Part shown: positions 9,598 through 18,429 of the stretch, piece after piece
How the letters are laid out: the number at the start of each line of letters is the position of its first letter
Position numbering within the stretch: position 1 is the stretch's first letter
NCBI GenBank assembly: GCA_028707495.1
Contig: JAQWAS010000004.1
Location: 3,157 to 67,156 of the forward strand
From: Patescibacteria group bacterium
GTDB lineage: Bacteria > Patescibacteriota > Patescibacteriia > UBA2591 > JAQWAS01
Direction: 5' to 3'
DNA length: 64,000 nucleotides
Notes under the pieces: generated by a model
The model's input: the letters and a program-made list of their open reading frames with translations, nothing else
Databases searched by the model: none
What the model was told of the DNA's origin: nothing
Translations under genes and position numbers: made by a program

Positions 9598-9671
9598 TGT
9601 GGATAAAAATCTAGCTATACCTCTTGACAAGAAAATAAAATTATGATAGTATATATTTAAGGATAAAAATC
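9598..9671 (+). promoter_or_regulatory. Sigma70-like promoter (TTGACA-17-TAGTAT at about 9624-9652) flanked by two copies of GGATAAAAATC 60 bp apart; the upstream copy is part of a reverse-strand TTATCCACA DnaA-box 9-mer
   Basis: Hexamers and 17-nt spacing read directly from the sequence. The 11-mer repeats lie at 9601-9611 and 9661-9671. tgtggataa at 9598-9606 is the reverse complement of TTATCCACA. Confidence 0.45.
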
Positions 9672-9732
9672 CTTTTGTTCTTAAAAAAAAATCACAAAAA
9701 AATAGAAAAAAGTCCAACAAAGGAGGACCCAA

Positions 9733-10886
9733 TGAGAAACGTTTTTCTCGTCGCAATCGTCGTCGCTACCATACTGGTAGCCAGTGCTCAGGCCGATTCT
9801 CCGGTCGATTTGTCAAATCTTTCTGATTCGACCAAAGTTTCGTTCTTGCAGGTTGTAAACTACGCAGAAAATATTACACCTGGAACGGCGGATGTAATCT
9901 TTGGTCGACTTCTGGAATCACCGTTTTACGGTGTCGTCCCAGAAAGCATCGGCGTAGTCATTGTCAATAAACATCTCAAATTTATCGAGATTAAAGACAG
10001 AATGTCGATTGACTATACCAAATATATGACGCTTGTCGTCAAAAGTTTGGTGGAAAAAAACAATCAATCGGCAGTAACAACGGAAGATTCTGCCAGTGAG
10101 GAAGAAAGCCCCTCGCCGGCAACGAATGTTTCACAGGCTTTCATTGATAGCATCAAAGCTGATGCTATCAACGAGAGAAACCAACAAATCGCCGATTCAG
10201 TCACTCAAGTGATCGAAGATTCACTCGAATATGTTAGATTGGTCGAAGAAATTACTTATTCGGCCAACCTCGAGCTGTTAACGAATCTGTTGCGATATGA
10301 ACCGAGCGATCCCAAGATTATACACGAAAAATCTAGCCCAGAAAAACTAGCTAGAATTCTCTTGGGAGAGTGGAACTCCGCTGGCAATAAGGTTAAAGCC
10401 GGTGAAGAAGAAATTATGAAGTCAGCCAGGGCAGATACATTCCGTTCCGCCTGCAACAACCTGGGAATCAAGGGGCAGTCACAGGAAAGAATAATTTCAT
10501 TATTCAATCCTGTAAATCTTGATGATTCACTTCGAACGCTTGAAACAAAGATTGATTCTTTGAACAAAGCGTTTAAAAAATCTAAGGGTTTTAGTGACCT
10601 GGTAACCACTCCTAAGCCGCCCGATTCCACCGACGTAAAGATTCACAACTCCTCACTCGTCAATCCTCCACCGAAAGATCCTACAACCGAACAGAACCTC
10701 ATTGACCCTCCCCGCGATAAAAAGGAAAAAAATGCTGTTCTGGGGTTCTTCTTCCAAGACACGTTGCATATCATAGGAAGTGTGGCTGTCATAATTATTC
10801 TGGTTATCGTCTTGATAGTCATCATTGTAGCGATCCACCGGAAACGCCAATGCCGGATTGTACCGGAGAGACCCGGTAGGACTTAA
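9733..10886 (+). CDS. Type I membrane protein with cleavable signal peptide, N-glycosylation-sequon-rich ectodomain, S/T/P-rich stalk, single C-terminal TM helix and short basic tail; GC-richer, likely horizontally acquired
   Basis: The track ORF starts at a TTG at 9675, but the ATG at 9733 is preceded by a strong AAGGAGGA ribosome-binding site and gives MRNVFLVAIVVATILVASAQA. Local GC is clearly above the window average. Followed by a GC-clamp terminator. Confidence 0.6.
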
Positions 10887-10904
10887 GTCCCACAACGAAG
10901 GGGA

Positions 10905-10945
10905 CGCATCAAAAGGGGCGACTTTAAAGCCGCCCCTATTTTTTT
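10905..10945 (+). terminator. Rho-independent terminator (aaaggggcg-actttaaa-gccgccccta + T-run)
   Basis: GC-rich hairpin followed by ttttttt immediately after the 9733-10886 CDS. Confidence 0.6.
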
Positions 10946-10966
10946 ATAAAAATTATTTTTAAAAAC

Positions 10967-11845
10967 TCAAAAATTAAATAAGTTTATAGCATTAAACGTG
11001 GTTTGTTCTAAAACTTGTTCTAAATCTATATTTTTAATTTCAACGATCTTTTGAACTGTGAATTTAATATACCATGGTTCACATCTTTCTCTACGATGTG
11101 GTTCCGGCGACATATAGGGACAATCCGTTTCTAATAAAATTTTATCCAAAGGCACACTCGCCACTGTTTCAACTAATTCCGGCGCAAAGGTTATCACCCC
11201 AGTAAATCCAACATAAAATCCTAATTCTAAAAATTTTTTAGCCATCAAAGGACTACCAGTAAAACAATGAATTACACCATTAAAATATTGATATTTTTCT
11301 AAAAGTTCTAACATATCATTATAGGCTTGATCGGGCTCTTCTTTAGTTGAACGGCAATGTAAAATCAGAGGTAAATTTTGTTCCTGAGCCAATTGAATAA
11401 ATTGTCTAAAAATTTGTTGTTGTTTTTCTCGTAGTGCTTTCTCTTTGCCATAAAAATAATCTAAACCAATTTCGCCAATTGCCACGACTTTATTTCTTTG
11501 AGCTAATTCGCGATAAGCACCAATGTTTAATTCTTCATCGTTCACCCCGTTAGAAATTTTATAATCATTGAAATTATTCAATTTTTGAGGCAAATCCTGA
11601 TTAATTTTATTAACCTCATCATTGATATCTAAATTTCTAACGGGGTTCACATGAATTGGATGTAAACCCACAGCCGAATATAAATTTTCAAATTCTTGAG
11701 TCAAATCAACTGCGCGCTGACTTGAATCTAATTTAGCCCCCACATTAATAATTTTTAAGATGCCATTGTTAAAACTACGCTGAACAACTTCAGCGTAATC
11801 TTGATTAAAAGCTTTAAAATTTAAATGGCTGTGAGTGTCTATCAT
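10967..11845 (-). CDS. tatD: TatD-family metal-dependent hydrolase (DNase)
   Basis: N-terminal MIDTHSHLN motif and TIM-barrel TatD signatures (GLHPIHV, GEIGLDY). Confidence 0.8.
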   Translation of the reverse strand: MIDTHSHLNFKAFNQDYAEVVQRSFNNGILKIINVGAKLDSSQRAVDLTQEFENLYSAVGLHPIHVNPVRNLDINDEVNKINQDLPQKLNNFNDYKISNGVNDEELNIGAYRELAQRNKVVAIGEIGLDYFYGKEKALREKQQQIFRQFIQLAQEQNLPLILHCRSTKEEPDQAYNDMLELLEKYQYFNGVIHCFTGSPLMAKKFLELGFYVGFTGVITFAPELVETVASVPLDKILLETDCPYMSPEPHRRERCEPWYIKFTVQKIVEIKNIDLEQVLEQTTFNAINLFNF

Positions 11846-11849
11846 AAAA

Positions 11850-12482
11850 TTATTCTACGTTTAACCCTCCACCCTCAACTGCCTTTTCTAAACCCTGACT
11901 AGCGCCTTCAATAGCTTTATCTAAACCTTTGTCCAAATTTTCTTCAATAACTTGGTTAACTCCATGCTGATCCATAACTGAATCCAATTGCTTAACCCCT
12001 TCAGGAATAATGGGCATTAAAATTTTAATTATATTTAAAGCAAAAGGTATAATTCTAGAATTAATCATCGCTTCATTTAAAGCCGGCCAAATCGGATAAC
12101 GACTATAAAAATAAAAAATTACTCCCAAAACTAAAATACCTTCAAAAACACTCAAGACTCCACCCAAGATTCGGTTGAAGGTTTTTAAAAACGGCACAAA
12201 AGCGACAATGCCGAACATTTTACCTAAAAAGTAAAAGACGATTCCGATAACGCGGTTGAACAAAATAAAAATTATTACAAAAGCCAACAAAGCCACTAGG
12301 CGCTCTTGGCCAAATAAAATTGGTGCTATTTTTTCAACCACCAAAGGATACCATTTGCTAGCAAAATAAACTCCAAAAACTACACCGACAATCGAACCCA
12401 GTGAGTGAATAAAACCATATTTAACTCCACTCAAACAAAAACCAACTAGAATCAAAATTAAAATTAAGTCTAAGACTGTCAT
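11850..12482 (-). CDS. CvpA-family membrane protein
   Basis: 210 aa. N-terminal MTVLDLILILILVGF.. pattern and four hydrophobic helices, like CvpA/colicin V production protein. Confidence 0.5.
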   Translation of the reverse strand: MTVLDLILILILVGFCLSGVKYGFIHSLGSIVGVVFGVYFASKWYPLVVEKIAPILFGQERLVALLAFVIIFILFNRVIGIVFYFLGKMFGIVAFVPFLKTFNRILGGVLSVFEGILVLGVIFYFYSRYPIWPALNEAMINSRIIPFALNIIKILMPIIPEGVKQLDSVMDQHGVNQVIEENLDKGLDKAIEGASQGLEKAVEGGGLNVE

Positions 12483-12494
12483 ACTTTTTTTAAA

Positions 12495-13169
12495 TTATTG
12501 ATTATTTATTATTAAGACAAACTCGCCTTTTATGCTGTCATTTTTAAGTTTTTGAATAACTTCACTAATTTTGCCACGATAAATTGTTTCAAATTTTTTA
12601 GTCAATTCACGTCCAACCACCAATTGTCTATCTCCGACCATATCTAATAGTTGTTCTAGAGTTTTTATAATTCGATGAGTCGATTCGTATAAAACAACCG
12701 GATATTCAAATTGAGCTAATTCTTTAAAAAATTTTAAACGCTTATTTTTATGTGGCGGAAACCCCATGAAAATAAATTTATCCATTGACAAACCAGCTAC
12801 GCTCGCCAAAGTGGTAATTGCACACGCCCCAGGAATGGGAATAATATCAACCTGATCTTTAAATTCTTGCATCACGCTTTCAATCAACTGATTACCAGGA
12901 TCTGAAATGCCTGGTGTGCCGGCATCCGAAACTAAAGCTAAATTCTGACCAATTTTTAATTCTTGAATAATGTGTTCAACTTTATTTAAATTTGAATGTT
13001 GATGATAGCTTAAGGTTGGTTTATTAATTTGATAATGATCCAATAATTTTTTAGTTTGACGCGTATCTTCACATAAAATCAAATTAACATTTTTAAGCAC
13101 TTCTAAGGCGCGTAATGTAATGTCATCTAGGTTTCCGATTGGTGTGGCAACGATGTAGAGAGTGGACAT
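12495..13169 (-). CDS. rsmI: 16S rRNA (cytidine1402-2'-O)-methyltransferase RsmI-like (tetrapyrrole methylase fold)
   Basis: MSTLYIVATPIGNLDDITLRALEVLKNVNLILCEDTRQTKKLL is the RsmI/TP-methylase N-terminal signature. Confidence 0.8.
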   Translation of the reverse strand: MSTLYIVATPIGNLDDITLRALEVLKNVNLILCEDTRQTKKLLDHYQINKPTLSYHQHSNLNKVEHIIQELKIGQNLALVSDAGTPGISDPGNQLIESVMQEFKDQVDIIPIPGACAITTLASVAGLSMDKFIFMGFPPHKNKRLKFFKELAQFEYPVVLYESTHRIIKTLEQLLDMVGDRQLVVGRELTKKFETIYRGKISEVIQKLKNDSIKGEFVLIINNQ

Positions 13170-13171
13170 AA

Positions 13172-14221
13172 TTACTGTATCTTAACCTTACGAGTTGATT
13201 TAGTTAAATAAGGCAAATCCTTAACCAAAATGCTTAACGAGGCCACAACTGGCACAGCAATAATTGCCCCCAAAACACCGGCCAATTTAGCCCCAATCGC
13301 AATCGCAATAATAGTCACAATTGGATTTAAACCTACGGCTTTTTTCATCACGTGTGGCACGATTAAATTATTTTCTAATTGTTGAATCACAATATATAAA
13401 ATTAAAACTAACAGAGCTTTTAGAGGTGATTGCATAAAAGCTAATAAAATAGCCGGCAAAGCACCCAAAGTTGGCCCGATAAATGGAATAATTTCCATAA
13501 TCCCGGCAATTAAAGCCAGCAATAAGGCGTATTTAACGTTAATAATTAATAAACCAACATAAGATAAAATACCGATAATTAAACATAAAAACAGTTGCCC
13601 CTTTAACCACTGACCAATTTTGTTTTGCATTTTATCAACCAATTGCACGGTATAAACTTGATATTTCTGCGGTACAATTAATTCTAAAAATATCTTGGTG
13701 CTATCTTTTTTAACACTAATATAAAAAGTTATAATTAAAATTAAAACAAATGAAGTCAAACCACCCATAATACTACCGATGGTGTCAATTAAACTTTTAG
13801 TGGCTACACCCATATTGGCACTTAAACTCTGTAAAAAGTTTTGAAAGTTATAAGCACCTTCTTGTAATAACTCTGGTTTATTTTGAAATAACCCGATAAC
13901 CTTTTCATAATAAAAAGGAAAAGCTTTAGCTAACTGAGTTAATTGCTGACCGACGGCTGGAATAATTAATATGGTAACTAAGCTAACAATCCCGACTAAA
14001 ACTAAATAAATCAAAACAATGGTTAAAATTCGAGGAATTTTTTTTTCTTGCCATTTATCTACCCAAGGAATAACAGCTGAAGCTAAGATAACTGACACAA
14101 ATAAAATTAAAACGATATCTCGCACTAAATACAAAAAAAGAATAATTAAAATAATGGCTAAAATTTTTAAAAAACTCCAGACAATAACATCTACGGTTTG
14201 AGAACTTTTTTGATCTAACAT
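13172..14221 (-). CDS. AI-2E family transporter (PerM/UPF0118) membrane protein
   Basis: Polytopic membrane ORF with the C-terminal GLNPIVTIIAIAIGAKLAGVLGAIIAVP motif typical of the AI-2E family. Confidence 0.75.
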   Translation of the reverse strand: MLDQKSSQTVDVIVWSFLKILAIILIILFLYLVRDIVLILFVSVILASAVIPWVDKWQEKKIPRILTIVLIYLVLVGIVSLVTILIIPAVGQQLTQLAKAFPFYYEKVIGLFQNKPELLQEGAYNFQNFLQSLSANMGVATKSLIDTIGSIMGGLTSFVLILIITFYISVKKDSTKIFLELIVPQKYQVYTVQLVDKMQNKIGQWLKGQLFLCLIIGILSYVGLLIINVKYALLLALIAGIMEIIPFIGPTLGALPAILLAFMQSPLKALLVLILYIVIQQLENNLIVPHVMKKAVGLNPIVTIIAIAIGAKLAGVLGAIIAVPVVASLSILVKDLPYLTKSTRKVKIQ

Positions 14222-14310
14222 AATTTTTATTTTTAAAACTTAAATATTTTTATTTTAAATAGTGTTTTCTAAATCAACCGATTTGGCAACCCCCTTCTTA
14301 ACGAAAAATT

Positions 14311-15585
14311 CTAAATATTAATATACTTTTTTAAATTTTGTTTTGCGTGAATATCACCAATTAAGGCTAGGCTAAATTTATTTTGGGTAAAAATCTCTTG
14401 AGCTATTTCTTGGATCTGACTAGCTTTAACTTGATCTATTTTTTTAAATTTTTCTTCTGGGTTTAAAATTTGCGACATTAATAATTTTTGGGCACCATAA
14501 AAAGACGCTAACATCGCCGAATCTTCAAGCGTTAAAATGGTTTTGCCTTTTAAATAATCTTGCGCCTGTTGTAATTCTTCACAAGTTACTCCATCTTTTT
14601 TAATTTTATTTAATTCCTGATTAATTACACTTAAAGTTGATTCTAAATTCTTTTTATCAATCCCAGCTCGAATTAAAAAACAACCCGTATCTTGATAAGA
14701 ATCGTGATCGGCCTGAACATAATAAGCCAAACCACGCTTACTTCTAACTTCAACAAACAACCGCGAACTCATATTCCCGCCTAAAATAATTGACAATAAA
14801 TCTAAAGCATCATTTCTTTTATCATCATAAGCTACGCCCGGAAACCCTAAAGCCAATTGCAATTGATCAGTTTGTCTTTTTAAAATATTAATTTCAGGCT
14901 GATAATTAGTAAATTTAAATTTTTTAAAATTCTGTTTGGTTTGATTTTTATTTTTAACTTTGAAATGTTGTTCTATCTTTTTTTTAAGATTTTGGGAGTC
15001 GTGTTTACCTGCCACAATTAAAACCATATTGTGTGGTTGATAAAACTTTTGATAATAATTTAGGATTTGTTGACGGCTAATTTGTTGAATGTTTTTTTGT
15101 GGCCCAGCAATACTCCAACCCAAACTGTTATTTTTAAAAATAGTCTGCTCAAACAAATCTTCAATATATAACAACGGATTATCTTGATACATTTTAATTT
15201 CCTCACAAATCACTCCCCTTTCACGATTAATTTCGGTCGATTCAAATTTAGAATTAAACAACATATCTGCTAACATATCTAAACTTAAATCTAAATGTTG
15301 ATAAGCTGATTTAATATAATAACCTGTATGATCTTTGCCGGTAAAAGCATTATAATTAGCACCAATCTTGTCTAATTCGCGACTAATATCTAAAGTTGTT
15401 GATCGACGTTGCGTGCCTTTAAACATTAAATGTTCAATAAAATGAGAAACGCCGTTAATTTCTAAATTTTCATAACGCGAGCCACACGGCAATAAAGCTA
15501 AAACAGTCACCGCTTGAGTGTTTTTTAATGGCACGGAAATTATTTGCAAACCATTTTTTAATTTAAATTGATAATAAGTGTTCAT
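14311..15585 (-). CDS. M16-family zinc peptidase (pitrilysin/insulinase-like)
   Basis: Inverted zinc-binding motif HFIEHLMFKGT (HxxEH) near the N-terminus; about 420 aa with the two-domain M16 architecture. Confidence 0.85.
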   Translation of the reverse strand: MNTYYQFKLKNGLQIISVPLKNTQAVTVLALLPCGSRYENLEINGVSHFIEHLMFKGTQRRSTTLDISRELDKIGANYNAFTGKDHTGYYIKSAYQHLDLSLDMLADMLFNSKFESTEINRERGVICEEIKMYQDNPLLYIEDLFEQTIFKNNSLGWSIAGPQKNIQQISRQQILNYYQKFYQPHNMVLIVAGKHDSQNLKKKIEQHFKVKNKNQTKQNFKKFKFTNYQPEINILKRQTDQLQLALGFPGVAYDDKRNDALDLLSIILGGNMSSRLFVEVRSKRGLAYYVQADHDSYQDTGCFLIRAGIDKKNLESTLSVINQELNKIKKDGVTCEELQQAQDYLKGKTILTLEDSAMLASFYGAQKLLMSQILNPEEKFKKIDQVKASQIQEIAQEIFTQNKFSLALIGDIHAKQNLKKYINI

Positions 15586-15591
15586 TTTTTC

Positions 15592-15885
15592 TTATAAATC
15601 TTTTATTTTAGATCGCCAAGAGTGACTTTTTAAATGCTCTAATATTTTAGATTGAATTGCTTCTAATTGAAGTCTATCCATCTCGTCTATTTTTCTTGCT
15701 AAATCTTTAGCTAAATTTGGATCTGAACACATATTCCAATCTCCATGGCAAATAGCCAAGGCAGCCATTTTAATATCACCTCCAACTACTTGTGTAATGC
15801 CAGGCAATGTCTGTTCGAGAGATCCCATTAATAAAGCATCTTCTTGTTTTGGACCCCCTCCCTCAAAATTATTTTCTAGTGACAT
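15592..15885 (-). CDS. Hypothetical 97-aa protein
   Basis: ORF in an operon-like position between glyRS and the M16 peptidase. Slightly GC-richer codon usage, no recognisable motif. Confidence 0.4.
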   Translation of the reverse strand: MSLENNFEGGGPKQEDALLMGSLEQTLPGITQVVGGDIKMAALAICHGDWNMCSDPNLAKDLARKIDEMDRLQLEAIQSKILEHLKSHSWRSKIKDL

Positions 15886-15894
15886 AATTGTTGC

Positions 15895-17271
15895 TTAAAA
15901 TTTATCTTGGAAATAATTTTTTAATTCAGCAATTTTAATTCGCTCTTGTTGCATTGTATCTCGATCGCGAATAGTCACAGCTTGATCATCTAAACTTTCA
16001 AAATCGATTGTTAAACAATATGGCGTGCCAATCTCATCTTGACGACGATAACGTTTACCAATACTAGTGGTTTCGTCATAATCTAATTTATAATTTTGTT
16101 TTAAATCATCAAAAATTTGTTGGGCTAATTTTTGCAAAGGCTCCTTTTTAGATAACGGTAAAATAGCAATTTTAATTGGCGCTAATTCTGGATGTAATTT
16201 TAAAACTACTTCTGTTTCGTGTTTAGAGTCTTCATCACCGCTCCGAGTTTCTACTTCGGTATAGGCATCAACTAAAAACATTAACATGGCTCGATCAACT
16301 CCCATCGAAACTTCTTGTACCCAGGGTATAAATTTTTCTTTAGTTTCCAAATCCATATAACTCAAATCTTGTTTACTAAATTGACTATGTCGCGATAAAT
16401 CCCAGTCGCCACGATTATGTACGCCAGCAAATTCTTTCCAACCATCAAAAGGTGTTTTGTATTCAACATCCCACGCCTCTTTGGCATAATGAGCTAATTC
16501 GTCTTTTTCATGCTGACGCCAACGTAAATTTTTAGGTTGTTGAATAAATTCTTGATACCAATCCATTGTCCAATCTTTCCACGTTTTATAATATTTTTTA
16601 GCTTCTTGGGGGTTAACAAAATATTGCATTTCCATTTGTTCAAATTCTCTCATTCTAAAAATAAAATTGCCCGGTGTGATTTCATTTCTAAAGGCCTTGC
16701 CAATTTGAGCAATACCAAAAGGCATTTTTAAACGCATTGAATCTTTGATATTTAAATAATTTAAATAAATCCCCTGACACGTTTCACCACGCAAATAAGC
16801 ATCGTCTTGTTTACCCTCTACCACGCCCAATTGAGTTTTCATTAATAAATTAAAGCTCTGGGGCTGAGTTAATTCACCGCCACATTCAGGACAAGCCAAG
16901 CTGTCATTCTGAATCCGCTTTTTGGCGAATGAAGAATCCCGTTGTTCTAATTCGTCTTGCCTAAAACGCTGATGACATTTTTTACACTCAACCAAGGGAT
17001 CAGTAAAATTTTCTAAATGACCCGAGGCCTGCCAAACAATTTCCGGAGTTAAAATAGCGCTATCTAAACCAACTACATCTTGTCTTTCTTGCACCATACG
17101 ACGCCACCAAGCTTTTTTAATATTGTTTTTTAATTCTACACCCAAAGGTCCATAGTCATAAGTTGATCGCAACCCTCCGTAAATTTCAGCTGAGGGAAAA
17201 ATAAATCCCCTCCGTTTACACAACGAAATAATTTTATCCATAGAATTAATATTTGATTTTTCTTTATTCAT
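15895..17271 (-). CDS. glyQS: Glycyl-tRNA synthetase, dimeric alpha2 type
   Basis: N-terminal KIISLCKRRGFIFPSAEIYGGLRSTYDYGPLG and class II motifs; an anticodon-binding domain follows. Confidence 0.9.
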   Translation of the reverse strand: MNKEKSNINSMDKIISLCKRRGFIFPSAEIYGGLRSTYDYGPLGVELKNNIKKAWWRRMVQERQDVVGLDSAILTPEIVWQASGHLENFTDPLVECKKCHQRFRQDELEQRDSSFAKKRIQNDSLACPECGGELTQPQSFNLLMKTQLGVVEGKQDDAYLRGETCQGIYLNYLNIKDSMRLKMPFGIAQIGKAFRNEITPGNFIFRMREFEQMEMQYFVNPQEAKKYYKTWKDWTMDWYQEFIQQPKNLRWRQHEKDELAHYAKEAWDVEYKTPFDGWKEFAGVHNRGDWDLSRHSQFSKQDLSYMDLETKEKFIPWVQEVSMGVDRAMLMFLVDAYTEVETRSGDEDSKHETEVVLKLHPELAPIKIAILPLSKKEPLQKLAQQIFDDLKQNYKLDYDETTSIGKRYRRQDEIGTPYCLTIDFESLDDQAVTIRDRDTMQQERIKIAELKNYFQDKF

Positions 17272-17321
17272 AATTCTTGATTCTTATTTAATTATACTAT
17301 TAAAGCTATTTTCAGGCAAAT

Positions 17322-17352
17322 AAAAAATCCCGACACATGCCGGGATTTTCAA
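17322..17352 (-). terminator. Rho-independent terminator hairpin (aaaaatcccggcatgtgtcgggattttt; works in both orientations) just downstream of the DUF3310 pseudogene
   Basis: 10-bp stem cccgacacatgccggg flanked by A-run and T-run. Confidence 0.5.
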
Positions 17353-17354
17353 AT

Positions 17355-17587
17355 CTATTTTTCGCTAGAATTTTTTAATCTAGCAATTTCATGGTTTAAA
17401 TACCACCGCGCCTTTTCAAGATCCTCAAATTTAGTTTTCGGATCCTTTTCGCCAGCTCGAGCAATATATTTTATGACATTGCCTAGGGAAAAATTCAGAC
17501 CCCAAGCATCAATTACCTTGATTGCTTCGTATGGATTGTCCCCCCCCCATAATGTTCTGGATGGTTAACAGCTTCTCTTTTTGCCAT
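17355..17587 (-). pseudogene. Phage-type DUF3310 family protein gene interrupted by a frameshift in a C9/G9 homopolymer (17540-17548)
   Basis: ATG at 17587 preceded by AAGGAG. Translation MAKREAVNHPEHYGGG matches the DUF3310 N-terminal VNHPxHY motif. With the current 9-nt run the frame stops after 24 codons. A 10-nt run restores ...DNPYEAIKVIDAWGLNFSLGNVIKYIARAGEKDPKTKFEDLEKARWYLNHEIARLKNSSEK*, which matches the DUF3310 C-terminal GNxxKYxxRAGxK...DLxKAxxYL pattern and ends at 17355. Confidence 0.6.
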
Positions 17588-17768
17588 GACAACTCCTTTT
17601 TTTAATCCCAACTTAAAACTTTAGGGCTTTCTATTTCGGCTTGCGAACCTATTTGCACAGTTTCAATCATCGAAAAAGTTTTACTCGAAGATCTAAAAAG
17701 TCTAATTGTTTCTGGTGCGTCAGATGGACACATCGCGGCAACGATAAAAACAATAGCTTCCTTTCAAA

Positions 17769-17981
17769 TTAAGATAACCGCTCTCTGTAAGCTATTATCT
17801 TAGATTTTGATGACCCCAGTTGGTTTTTTAGGGAAAGATCAATACTCACAAATTCAACTGCCCTGTCTGAAAATTCAGCCGAAACAACCTCTTTAACATC
17901 GTCTTCGTTTTTAGCTACAACTAAAAGCTCCTTGCGTTTTCCCTCAACCATAACCACCACGTCAAAGTAATAATATTCCAA
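17769..17981 (-). CDS. Hypothetical 70-aa protein in the putative phage-remnant islet
   Basis: ORF between the DUF3310 gene and the small membrane protein. No motif recognised. Confidence 0.3.
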   Translation of the reverse strand: MEYYYFDVVVMVEGKRKELLVVAKNEDDVKEVVSAEFSDRAVEFVSIDLSLKNQLGSSKSKIIAYRERLS

Positions 17982-18050
17982 TACTTTTCCTCCCTTAAAT
18001 ATAATTTGTGCATAATTCTTGTTGATATTATGATTGCCTTGGTTTTAATT

Positions 18051-18338
18051 TTATATATCTATATCTTCGTAAATATGCTTGCCGAAAAGATTCTTATCGA
18101 AAAAATAAATATTCAAATCTTCGGCACATATCGCTCCTAAAACACAGGCCAAACCGGCTATAGAAATTAAAAAATAGTATAGCCAGTTTATTACATGATC
18201 AATCACATAAAAATAGATTGATATGAAAATAAAGACCACAACAACCACTATTAAACAGATCAAAGAAAATATTCCTTGACCAAAAAGAATAAATGGATTT
18301 AAATCATCTCTTTTGCTTGCATTAATTTTTAGGGACAT
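18051..18338 (-). CDS. Small two-TM membrane protein, holin-like architecture
   Basis: 95 aa. Charged N-terminus, two hydrophobic helices, acidic C-terminal tail. Adjacent to the phage DUF3310 gene. Confidence 0.4.
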   Translation of the reverse strand: MSLKINASKRDDLNPFILFGQGIFSLICLIVVVVVFIFISIYFYVIDHVINWLYYFLISIAGLACVLGAICAEDLNIYFFDKNLFGKHIYEDIDI

Positions 18339-18429
18339 TTTTCTCCTTTCGCCTTTTAACTAAATTTGGGTTATAAAATTTTAACGAACGATTTATTTAA
18401 TTTAATTCTTATTTTAAATTTTGTCAAGG

